Assembly: GCA_040881665.1 (NCBI GenBank)
Contig: JBBECT010000005.1
Coordinates: forward strand, 4,652 to 68,651
Length of the DNA: 64,000 nt
Direction of reading: 5' to 3'
Origin: Actinomycetota bacterium
GTDB taxonomy: Bacteria; Actinomycetota; UBA4738; HRBIN12
The translations under genes and the position numbers were made by a program. The notes beneath the pieces are model-generated. The model searched no databases and was not told the DNA's origin. It worked only from the letters and a program-made list of their open reading frames with translations. Below, piece by piece: positions 32,072-40,172 of this stretch (position 1 is its first letter; each line of letters begins with the position of its first letter).

Positions 32072-32674
32072 ATGACCTCGCAGCGACAGCAGGCGGGCGC
32101 GAGTACGGCGATCCTCACCGTTCCGAACGTGATCTCCGCGATCCGCATCGCCCTGATCCCGGTGTTCGTCGTGCTGCTCCTCGGGGACGGAACCGAGTGG
32201 GCGGGTGTGCTGTTGTTCGCGATCGTCGCGGCCTCCGACTGGGTCGACGGCTTCATCGCCCGACGCACGGGTTCGGTCTCCGAGCTCGGGAAGGTGCTGG
32301 ATCCGGTCGCGGACCGGCTCGCGATCGGTGCGGGTCTGATCGCTCTGGTGGTCGCGGACGCGTTCCCATTGTGGGCGGCGCTCCTGATCCTCGTCCGCGA
32401 CGTCGCGGTGTTCGTCGTGGGTCTGGTGCTGCTCACGAGGTCGAGGGTTCGGATCGACGTCCGGTACATCGGGAAGGTCGCCACCTTCGGGTTGATGACG
32501 TCAGTGACGTGCATCGCCTGGGGCAGCTTCGATCTGCCGCTGGCCGGCGCCGCGACGGCCGTCGGATGGATCGCCTACGCGGTCGCGATCGTCGAGTACT
32601 ACGTCGCGACCGTCCTGTACGCGCGGGACGTGCGGGAAGCCCGGGCGACGCCCGGTAGTCTCGACGCGGCGTGA
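32072..32674 (+). CDS. CDP-alcohol phosphatidyltransferase family protein
   Basis: Motif [27 protein letters not shown] (DGx2ARx8Gx3Dx3D). Multi-TM. Confidence 0.85.
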   Translation: MTSQRQQAGASTAILTVPNVISAIRIALIPVFVVLLLGDGTEWAGVLLFAIVAASDWVDGFIARRTGSVSELGKVLDPVADRLAIGAGLIALVVADAFPLWAALLILVRDVAVFVVGLVLLTRSRVRIDVRYIGKVATFGLMTSVTCIAWGSFDLPLAGAATAVGWIAYAVAIVEYYVATVLYARDVREARATPGSLDAA

Positions 32675-32714
32675 CGGACAGACCCGCGCCCGGACCCGCG
32701 AGAAGGGATGCCCG

Positions 32715-33107
32715 ATGGATCTCCCGCAGGATCTTCGCTACACGAAGGAACACGAATGGGTTCGCCTCGAGGACGGCGTCGTGCGCGTCGGGATCACCGA
32801 CTTCGCCCAGGACGCTCTCGGCGATGTGGTGTACGTGGACCTGCCTGCGGCCGGCACGGCGGTGACCGCGCACGAGGCTATGGGTGAGGTCGAATCCACC
32901 AAGTCGGTCTCGGACGTGTACGCACCCGTTACCGGAACGGTGACGGAGGTGAACACCGGCGTGGACGACAAGCCCGAGCTCGTGAATCGATCCCCGTACA
33001 CGGATGGCTGGCTCGTCCTGATCAGCCCCTCCGACCCCAACGCGGTCGCATCCCTGATGGATGCCGCCGGCTACGAGGACCACGTCAGGCAGGCGGAGGG
33101 CGGCTGA
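32715..33107 (+). CDS. gcvH: Glycine cleavage system protein H
   Basis: YTKEHEWVR..., lipoyl site ESTKSVSDVYAPV. Confidence 0.95.
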   Translation: MDLPQDLRYTKEHEWVRLEDGVVRVGITDFAQDALGDVVYVDLPAAGTAVTAHEAMGEVESTKSVSDVYAPVTGTVTEVNTGVDDKPELVNRSPYTDGWLVLISPSDPNAVASLMDAAGYEDHVRQAEGG

Positions 33108-33224
33108 ACCGCTCGGGTCTGCCCGCGGTGATCTGGACTCCGACCTCGACCTCGAGTGTCCCGACCCCAGGCCTCCGGTCCAGGGTGCCCACGCGGGGAG
33201 GTCGAGCCTCGACCTGATGTGCCG

Positions 33225-33253
33225 TTGACCCGCCTGCCTGCCTACAGTAACGT
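33225..33253 (+). promoter_or_regulatory. Sigma-A-like promoter for the FHA (garA-like) gene
   Basis: TTGACC (33225-30), 17-nt spacer, TAACGT (33248-53), about 45 nt upstream of GTG 33301. Confidence 0.4.
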
Positions 33254-33300
33254 CCGCTGTCGGTCGAGGCCGGTGTCTCAACGTCGACCTCGACCTTCAG

Positions 33301-33789
33301 GTGGAGACCGACCAGAAGGGCAAGCGAACGGTGTTCTGCACCCGCTGTGGACATCCCAACAAGGACGAGGCGCGTTTCTGCGCCCAATGTGGAGCTCCGC
33401 TCCAGGACGAGACGACCGTGTCGCTGACACCCGTCGAAGACGAAGCCGCGGGTGAGGAAGAGTTCCCCTTCCCGCACGATCAACTCGAGACCGGGCAGGC
33501 GCTCCTTCTGGTCAAGCGTGGCCCGAACGCCGGCTCGACTTTCTTGATCGAGGCGGTCGCAACGACGATCGGACGCGTGCCCGAGAGCGATGTGTTCCTC
33601 GATGACGTGACGGTCTCGCGATCGCACGCGCGTGTCGAACGACGCGACGGAGCGTTCTTCGTGACCGATCTCGGCAGCCTGAACGGGACCTACGTGAACG
33701 GTGAGCGCGTCGACGAGACGAAGCTCGCCTCCGGCGACGAGATCCAGGTCGGCAAGTTCAAACTCGTGTTCTTCGCGGCCGGGGAGTGA
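33301..33789 (+). CDS. FHA domain protein with N-terminal zinc ribbon (GarA/OdhI-like position)
   Basis: CTRCGHPN...CAQCG zinc ribbon. FHA core TTIGRVPESDVFLDDVTVSRSHARV...DLGSLNGTYVNG. Start is GTG 33301 or 33331. Confidence 0.85.
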   Translation: METDQKGKRTVFCTRCGHPNKDEARFCAQCGAPLQDETTVSLTPVEDEAAGEEEFPFPHDQLETGQALLLVKRGPNAGSTFLIEAVATTIGRVPESDVFLDDVTVSRSHARVERRDGAFFVTDLGSLNGTYVNGERVDETKLASGDEIQVGKFKLVFFAAGE

Positions 33790-34538
33790 GGACGGACCAG
33801 CAGATGGCGACCACGCGCAACTATCAGTCGATCGGAGAGGTCCTCGTGGCCGTGAAGACCGAATTCCCGGACATCACGATCTCGAAGATCCGCTTCCTCG
33901 AGTCCGAGGGCCTGATCGAGCCCGAGCGCACTCCCTCCGGGTATCGGAAGTTCTACGAACAGGACGTCGAGCGCCTGCGCCACATCCTGAAGATGCAACG
34001 CGACGAGTACCTCCCTTTGAAGGTGATCAAGGAGCGGCTCGCGAAGCAGGATGCCGGCGAGGCCGTGGACACGGACGGCAACGCGATCGCGCCGGACGCG
34101 GAGGAGGTGACGGTCGACGACGGCACCGACGACGAGATCGCCCAGCCCGCGACCGGGCTCCAGATGTCGATCGAGGAGATGTCGGCCGCGACCGGGGTGG
34201 AACGCGAGCGGATCCTCGAGCTCGAGCAGTACGGATTGGTCCATGCGCACGGCCCGGACTCCGCGCGGTTCTACGACGGCGACGACTACATCATCCTGAC
34301 GATCCTTCGCGACATGTTCCGCTATGGGATCGAGCCTCGACACCTGGGCATGTACAAGAACTTCGTCGAACGCGAGGCCTCGTTCTTCGAAACGATCGTG
34401 ATGCCGTCCCTGCGGCAGCGCAACCCGGACGCGCGCCGCGCGGCGGTCGACACGCTGAACGACCTGTCGAAGATCTCGCGCAAGCTCAAGGCGGCGTTGC
34501 TCCGGGTCAACCTCCGCGAGTACCTGCAGGAGGGCTGA
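33786..34538 (+). CDS. MerR family transcriptional regulator (Rv1828/FtsR-like)
   Basis: SIGEVLVAVKTEFPDITISKIRFLESEGLIEPERTPSGYRKF. Start is GTG 33786 (GTGA overlap) or ATG 33804. Confidence 0.85.
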   Translation: MRTDQQMATTRNYQSIGEVLVAVKTEFPDITISKIRFLESEGLIEPERTPSGYRKFYEQDVERLRHILKMQRDEYLPLKVIKERLAKQDAGEAVDTDGNAIAPDAEEVTVDDGTDDEIAQPATGLQMSIEEMSAATGVERERILELEQYGLVHAHGPDSARFYDGDDYIILTILRDMFRYGIEPRHLGMYKNFVEREASFFETIVMPSLRQRNPDARRAAVDTLNDLSKISRKLKAALLRVNLREYLQEG

Positions 34539-34619
34539 GCCCCCGGAGCCGACCCTTCCCCTCGGCTCCGGGGCGAGTGCTTGCGTAATCTCGCCCGCTG
34601 CGGCCCGTACGATGCCTCG

Positions 34620-35933
34620 GTGAACGCCAGAGCCGATCGTCGTCTCCGCCCCGCCGGGCCCGGCCCGCGGGCACGCTGGGCCTCGGGTGGCATCACGAGC
34701 CTCGCCCTCGCGTTGGCGATCGCGCTCTCCTGCCTCACGTCCAGCGGGGCCGGAGCCATCGAGGCACCACCTCCGACGCCGGTGAACGGCAAGCCGTCAC
34801 CGTTCGTCACCGATCTCTCGACGCCGAAGCCCTCACCCGAGGCCCCCAGCGTCCGTGCACCTGTGGGCGTCCTCGCGGACCTGGACTCTGGGCAGGTGCT
34901 GTTCTCCAAGGGCCTGAACGATGCCCGGCCGATCGCCAGCGTGACCAAGCTCATGACTGCCTTGATCACGATCGAGCGGTCCGCGCTCGACGAGGTCGTC
35001 ACCGTCAGCCCCAACGCGGCGCCACGCGTGACCGGCTACCACGGCTCGGAGCTCGACCTGCGTCCGGGAGAGCGCATCTCGGTCGAGGATCTCCTGACGG
35101 CAGCGTTGATCCAGTCCGCGAACGACGCGGCCGTCGCGCTCGCCGAGCACGTCGGAGGATCGGTCGACCGGTTCGTGTCGATGATGAACAGGAGGGCGCG
35201 CCGGCTCGGCATGCGCGACACGAGCTTCGCCTCGTCGAGCGGACTGGACGACGCTGGGCGGTCGACCGCACGCGACCTGCTCGTCCTCACCCGCGAGGTG
35301 ATGGAGCAGGCCTCCCTCGCGCGGATCGTCCGGACGAAGTTCGCCGAGATCCCAAGTCCCGAAGGGAAGGCCCGTCGGGTTCAGAATCGCAACGTCCTCC
35401 TGTGGCTGTACCCGGGAGCGATCGGCGTGAAGACCGGCTACACGGTGGGCGCGAGGTTCTGCCTCGTCGCGGCCGCCGAGCGCGACGGCCTGCGTCTGGT
35501 CTCGATCGTCTTGGGCGCCCCCACGCCCGAGGGGCAGTTCTCCGACTCGGCCACGTTGCTGAACTACGGGTTCGCTGCGTTCGAACGCCGCACCTTCGTG
35601 GACGAGGGTGAGCTCCTCGGGTCGCTACGGCTGCCGGGTGGATCGGTCTCCGGCAGGACCGAGGGAAGCCTCGACGCCCTGATCCCGAGCGCCGACCTCG
35701 GGCAGGTGGAGCGACGCTTCGTCCCCGCGGGGGGTGTGGCGTTCCCGCCCGAGCCGGGTGAGGTGATCGGCGAGCTCGAGGTCGCCGCGGGACCGCTCGA
35801 CCTAGGAACGGTACCGGTGGTCGTGTCCGAGGTGCCGCCCCCACCGCCGGCCGACGACGGTCCGTGGTGGCGCAGGACCCTTTCCTCGGTCGGCGACGCC
35901 GTCGGCGGCCTCGTCGGTGGCCTGCTCGGATAG
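34620..35933 (+). CDS. D-alanyl-D-alanine carboxypeptidase (serine peptidase S11)
   Basis: Signal/TM segment, SxxK (IASVTKLMT), SAN (IQSANDAA) and KTG (VKTGYT) motifs. Start approximate. Confidence 0.85.
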   Translation: MNARADRRLRPAGPGPRARWASGGITSLALALAIALSCLTSSGAGAIEAPPPTPVNGKPSPFVTDLSTPKPSPEAPSVRAPVGVLADLDSGQVLFSKGLNDARPIASVTKLMTALITIERSALDEVVTVSPNAAPRVTGYHGSELDLRPGERISVEDLLTAALIQSANDAAVALAEHVGGSVDRFVSMMNRRARRLGMRDTSFASSSGLDDAGRSTARDLLVLTREVMEQASLARIVRTKFAEIPSPEGKARRVQNRNVLLWLYPGAIGVKTGYTVGARFCLVAAAERDGLRLVSIVLGAPTPEGQFSDSATLLNYGFAAFERRTFVDEGELLGSLRLPGGSVSGRTEGSLDALIPSADLGQVERRFVPAGGVAFPPEPGEVIGELEVAAGPLDLGTVPVVVSEVPPPPPADDGPWWRRTLSSVGDAVGGLVGGLLG

Positions 35934-36002
35934 GAGGGGTGCCGCTGCGGCCGCATCCGGTCGCAGCGGTGCGTCGTGGGGTGTGCGCTACGATGCCGCC
36001 GC

Positions 36003-36596
36003 ATGTCGGAGATCGCCAGTGTCCTGTTCGCTCGCGAGGAGATCGGCCGGCGGATCAGCGAACTCGGTCGTGAGATCGCCGGTGACTACGGTGCCCGCGA
36101 TCCGATCCTCGTCTCGGTCCTCAAGGGCGGCACGATCTTCCTCGCCGACCTGATGCGCTCCGTGAGCCGTCCCCTGGAGATCGACTTCCTTTCGATCTCG
36201 GGGTTCGGCGACGGCGACGAATCGATGGGCCGCGTGCGCATCCTCAAGGACCTCGACACGGACATCGCCGGTCGCGACGTGTTGCTGGTCGAGGACATCG
36301 TCGACACTGGGTTGACCCTCGCGTACCTGTTGTCGACGCTCGAGGGACGCGGTCCGGATTCCGTGCGCGTCTGCGCGTTGCTCGACAAGTCGGTGCGGCG
36401 CATCGCGCCGGTCGAACCCAGCTACGTGGGATTCGACTGCCCCGACAGGTTCGTGATCGGGTACGGGTTGGACTTCCGGCAGCGATACCGCAACCTGGCC
36501 GACATCCTCGCGGTCGACGATATGGCTGCTCTGCAGGCGGATCCGGACGCATTGGTTCCACTGCTCGACGGGGATACGGGCGGGGAACCGGCCTAA
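36003..36596 (+). CDS. hpt: Hypoxanthine phosphoribosyltransferase
   Basis: ATG 36003. PRPP motif VLLVEDIVDTGLTL, KGGTIFLADL. Confidence 0.9.
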   Translation: MSEIASVLFAREEIGRRISELGREIAGDYGARDPILVSVLKGGTIFLADLMRSVSRPLEIDFLSISGFGDGDESMGRVRILKDLDTDIAGRDVLLVEDIVDTGLTLAYLLSTLEGRGPDSVRVCALLDKSVRRIAPVEPSYVGFDCPDRFVIGYGLDFRQRYRNLADILAVDDMAALQADPDALVPLLDGDTGGEPA

Positions 36597-36644
36597 GACG
36601 CCGGCAGGTTGTCGGACCCCGGGGGAGGGGGTACGGTCGCCAAG

Positions 36645-37121
36645 ATGATCGAGATGGACCTCGCCGGTGTGCGTGTCGAGCTTCCGACGAACCAGCCGAT
36701 CGTGCTGTTGAAGGAGCGCGACGGCGAGCGCTACCTGCCGATCTGGATCGGCGCGTCCGAGGCGGCGGCGATCGCCTTGTCCCTGCAGGGGGTCGTCACC
36801 CCGAGACCGATGACCCACGATCTGGTGAAGAACATGCTCGAGGAACTCGCCGTCGGTGTGAGCAAGATCTCGATCACCGAGCTCCGCGAGGGCACCTTCT
36901 ACGCGACGATCGAGATGTCGCGGAACGGCTCGAGCTACGAGATCTCGTCTCGGCCGAGTGACGCCCTCGCCCTGGCGGTCCGGCTCTCCGTGCCGATCTT
37001 CGCCGCGGAGGATGTGCTGACCGAAGCGTCGATCCTGATCCCCGACGGGGATGAGGAAGAGGAGGTCGAGAAGTTCCGCGAGTTCCTCGAGCAGGTCAAC
37101 CCGGAGGACTTCCAAGCCTGA
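36645..37121 (+). CDS. Bifunctional nuclease family protein (DUF151, Rv1829-like)
   Basis: ATG 36645. PIVLLKERDGERYLPIWIGASEAAAIA, RPSDALALAVR. Confidence 0.85.
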   Translation: MIEMDLAGVRVELPTNQPIVLLKERDGERYLPIWIGASEAAAIALSLQGVVTPRPMTHDLVKNMLEELAVGVSKISITELREGTFYATIEMSRNGSSYEISSRPSDALALAVRLSVPIFAAEDVLTEASILIPDGDEEEEVEKFREFLEQVNPEDFQA

Positions 37122-37172
37122 GGTCCGTCGTGGTCAGCGCCGCCGTCCGGGAAACGCGCCGCCCGCAGCCAG

Positions 37173-37655
37173 TCAGCGGGCGTAGAAGATCTGCGTGGTC
37201 CAGACCGAGCGCCGTCCACACATGTTGCGGCGCCGCCCCGCGTCGACGACGCCGAGCCCGATCTTTCGAAACTTGCGATAGACGATGTTGCGCCGGTGGG
37301 CGGAGCTCCGCATCAGCCGCCGCAGCACCTGATTGACGGTGTCGCCGCACCCGAGGTTCTCCCCCCAGGGGGTCAGGCTGCGGTTCGCCATGTAGCCGCT
37401 GAGGTTGGGTGTGTGGAACATCGAGTTCTTGCGGATCATCGCTCGCGTGTGCCGCGCGGCCTTCCGCGAGAGGCGTCGGTCGATCTTCAAGGTCCGGACG
37501 TCTCTGCGGTCGCGGATCTCGTTGATCTGACGGAGCATGCGGCTCCGAAGGGCGGAGGCGGAGGCAGGGGTGAACGACGAGGTCGATGCGACAAGGGTGA
37601 GGGTGATGAGCATCGCCGCGAGGATCGCCCGAGCGGGCTTCCCGGTTCGTGGCAT
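37173..37655 (-). CDS. Secreted CAP/SCP (cysteine-rich secretory protein family) domain protein, paralogue 1
   Basis: ORF 37173..37718 trimmed to ATG 37655. Signal peptide. LRQINEIRDRRDVRTLKIDRRLSRKAARHTRAMIRKNSMFH...GENLG...HRRNIV. Paralogous to 42012..42479. Confidence 0.7.
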   Translation of the reverse strand: MPRTGKPARAILAAMLITLTLVASTSSFTPASASALRSRMLRQINEIRDRRDVRTLKIDRRLSRKAARHTRAMIRKNSMFHTPNLSGYMANRSLTPWGENLGCGDTVNQVLRRLMRSSAHRRNIVYRKFRKIGLGVVDAGRRRNMCGRRSVWTTQIFYAR

Positions 37656-37872
37656 GCGGCGCACCCTACCAAGGCCCCTTCGCGCCCGTGGGGATTTGGT
37701 CCGGAACCCCCTCGGCATGGCCCTCGGGGGCCCACGCGAACCCGCAGGTGAGCCATGGAAGCACCAGGAAGCCCACCGAAGCAGCAGCTCAGAGGCGGTG
37801 TCTGAGGGTTCCGAACTTTCTCATAGAAAGATCTCCCCAACCCCCTCGGGACGCCCCAGGGGGGAGGCATCC

Positions 37873-37902
37873 TTGACCCCGCGGGGCCCGCTCGGCTAGG
37901 GT
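37873..37902 (+). promoter_or_regulatory. Sigma-A-like promoter for the second MerR gene
   Basis: TTGACC (37873-78), 18-nt spacer, TAGGGT (37897-902), 30 nt upstream of ATG 37932. Confidence 0.4.
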
Positions 37903-37931
37903 GCTCACGTCCCCGTAATTACGGAGTTGTC

Positions 37932-38378
37932 ATGACTGAACAGGTCGGTTATCGCGTCCCGGAAGTCACCAAGCTGGTCGGCATCAGCTACCGCCAGCTC
38001 GACTATTGGGCGCGCACGGGTCTCGTCCGTCCCTCGATCAAGGACGCCCAGGGGTCGGGGAGCCAGCGGCTCTACTCGTTCCAAGACCTCGTCTCCCTGA
38101 AGGTCATCAAGAACCTGCTCGACACGGGGGTTTCCCTGCAGCGGGTCCGCAAGGCGGTCGAGCACCTGCGCGGCCTGCGCAAGGCCCCCCAGTCGTTGAC
38201 CCTGATGTCCGACGGCAACCGGATCTACGAGGCGTCGTCGCGCGAGGAAGTCGTCGACCTTCTCTCCGGTGGCCAAGGCGTGTTCGCGATCGCCGTCGAC
38301 AAGGTATGGACCGATCTCGAGGGAACCGTGGCGAAGGGGAGCACTCGGACCAAGGAAGCACGGGCCGGGAGCGCGTGA
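37932..38378 (+). CDS. MerR family transcriptional regulator (Rv1830-like)
   Basis: YRVPEVTKLVGISYRQLDYWARTGLVRPS...QRLYSFQDLVSLKVIKNLLDTGVSLQ. Confidence 0.85.
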   Translation: MTEQVGYRVPEVTKLVGISYRQLDYWARTGLVRPSIKDAQGSGSQRLYSFQDLVSLKVIKNLLDTGVSLQRVRKAVEHLRGLRKAPQSLTLMSDGNRIYEASSREEVVDLLSGGQGVFAIAVDKVWTDLEGTVAKGSTRTKEARAGSA

Positions 38379-38767
38379 GCCCCGCCGAGGCCGCGGCCGC
38401 TCCACCGGCCGCGGCTGATCCGACCGTTCTCAAGAGCGACACGGTCGGTTTCGCGCACGCGAGCGAACGGCAGTTCGCGAGGCTGCTGGACTTCTATCAG
38501 ATCGCCTGGGACTACGAGCCCACCTCGTTCGACATCGACTGGGACGCCACAGGAAAGGTCACGCAACGATTCACTCCTGACTTCTACCTGCCCCAATACG
38601 ACCTCTACATCGAGATCACGACCCTCAACCAGAAGCTCGTCACGAAGAAGAACCGCAAGGTCCGTCGGCTCCGGGAGCTGTACCCCGACGTGAAGTGCAA
38701 GATCTTCTACCAGCGCGACTACCTCTCCCTCGTCACCAAGTACGGACTCGAGGATCTGACGGGCTGA
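38375..38767 (+). CDS. Conserved hypothetical protein, possible PD-(D/E)xK-like fold
   Basis: GTG 38375 overlaps the MerR stop (GTGA). SERQFARLLDFYQIAWDYEP...FTPDFYLPQYDLYIEITT...K pattern. Confidence 0.6.
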   Translation: MSPAEAAAAPPAAADPTVLKSDTVGFAHASERQFARLLDFYQIAWDYEPTSFDIDWDATGKVTQRFTPDFYLPQYDLYIEITTLNQKLVTKKNRKVRRLRELYPDVKCKIFYQRDYLSLVTKYGLEDLTG

Positions 38768-38837
38768 GCGCTCGGCCGCCCGCTGGCACGGGGCCCCCGG
38801 CACGGGGCCCCCGGCGCGGACCGTAGACTGACCGCCG

Positions 38838-40172
38838 ATGCGATTCGCTCCGCACACCGAGGACGACGTCCGCGAGATGCTCGGCCGGATCGGGGTGGGG
38901 TCCTTCGAGGACCTGTTCTCGTCGATCCCGCCCGGGGTTCGCCTCGAGCGTCCGCTGGCGTTGCCCCTCGGCGTGTCCGAGATGGAGATCCTCGACGACC
39001 TCGCCCGGCTCGCGGGACGCAATCGGGACGTCGACGGCCTCGTGTGCTTCGCGGGAGCCGGGGCCTACGACCACTACGTTCCGAGCGTCGTCTGGGCGCT
39101 CGCGGGACGGTCGGAGTTCCAGACCTCCTACACGCCCTATCAGCCGGAGCTGTCTCAGGGCGTGCTCCAAACGTTGTTCGAGTTCCAGTCGATGATCTGT
39201 TCGCTCACGGGGCTCGAGGTCTCCAACGCGTCCCTCTACGACGGCGCGACGGCGCTCGTCGAGGCAGTGAACCTCTCGCGGAGTGGAGGCCGCAGACGCG
39301 TCCTCGTGGCCGACACCGTCGACCCGCGGGCGATCGACACCCTGCGCGCGTACGGCACGGGGGCGGGCTACGAACCGGAGCCGTTCGCATCATCGGGAGG
39401 GCGCGCCGTCGTCCCCGAGGTCGATGACGATGTGGCGTGCGTGATCGTGCAGCATCCCAACGTGCTCGGGATCCTCGAACCGGCCAGGGAGATCTTCGAC
39501 GCGGCGCATGCTGGCGGAGCGCGCGCGGTCCAGGTCTTCGATCCGATGTCGCTCGGCGTCCTGGCGCCCCCGGGGGAGCTCGGCGCCGACGTCGCGGTGG
39601 GGGAGGGGCAGGCGCTCGGCAACCACCTGAACTTCGGTGGACCCTACCTCGGGCTGATCGCCGCACGCGAAGCCGATGTTCGTCGGATGCCCGGGCGCAT
39701 CGTCGGTGAGACAATCGACGCCGACGGCCGAACGGGCTACGTGCTGACCTTGCAGGCCCGAGAGCAGCACATCCGGCGCGAGAAGGCCAACTCCAATATC
39801 TGTACGAACCAGACGCTCATGGCTGTGGCGGCGACCGTGTACCTGTCGTGGCTCGGACCCCAAGGGTTGCGAGAGGTCGGCTCCCAGAGCGCCGCGAAGG
39901 CGTCGTACGCGGCCGAGCGGTGTACCGCGGTCGCCGGGGTCGAGCTGCTCTACCCGGATGCGCCCTTCTTCAAGGAGTTCGCGCTCCGGTTGCCCGTGCC
40001 CGCGGAGCAGGTGCGTGACGCCTTGGTCGAACGCGGGTTCCTCGCGGGCGTGCCGCTGAGCGGCGCCGGGGAGGACGTTCTCCTGGTTGCGGTCACCGAG
40101 CGCCGCTCGCGCGAAGAGATCGATGCGCTCGCCGCCGGATTGGCTCACGTGGTGTCCGGGGGAACCGGGTGA
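38838..40172 (+). CDS. gcvPA: Glycine dehydrogenase (aminomethyl-transferring) subunit 1
   Basis: 444 aa. FAGAGAYDHYVPSVV, TPYQPELSQGVLQ, NICTNQ. Confidence 0.95.
   Translation: MRFAPHTEDDVREMLGRIGVGSFEDLFSSIPPGVRLERPLALPLGVSEMEILDDLARLAGRNRDVDGLVCFAGAGAYDHYVPSVVWALAGRSEFQTSYTPYQPELSQGVLQTLFEFQSMICSLTGLEVSNASLYDGATALVEAVNLSRSGGRRRVLVADTVDPRAIDTLRAYGTGAGYEPEPFASSGGRAVVPEVDDDVACVIVQHPNVLGILEPAREIFDAAHAGGARAVQVFDPMSLGVLAPPGELGADVAVGEGQALGNHLNFGGPYLGLIAAREADVRRMPGRIVGETIDADGRTGYVLTLQAREQHIRREKANSNICTNQTLMAVAATVYLSWLGPQGLREVGSQSAAKASYAAERCTAVAGVELLYPDAPFFKEFALRLPVPAEQVRDALVERGFLAGVPLSGAGEDVLLVAVTERRSREEIDALAAGLAHVVSGGTG

Noticed and set aside
30028-32514. 828-aa ORF on the minus strand
   Set aside because: It lies antisense to cmk and der and reads straight through the tRNA-Pro gene, so it cannot be a real CDS.
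37487-37899. ORFs 37537..37899 (plus strand) and 37487..37870 (minus strand) in the CAP/MerR divergent spacer
   Set aside because: They overlap each other and the CAP gene start, have a low-complexity composition, and the region is better explained as promoters and leader RNA.
38768-38837. Possible glycine riboswitch upstream of gcvPA, plus a 14-bp tandem GGCACGGGGCCCCC x2 (38785-38812)
   Set aside because: The spacer is only 70 nt, too short for a single or tandem glycine aptamer, and it lacks the conserved aptamer core. The tandem GGGGCCCC palindromes look like a terminator or attenuator hairpin after the upstream gene.
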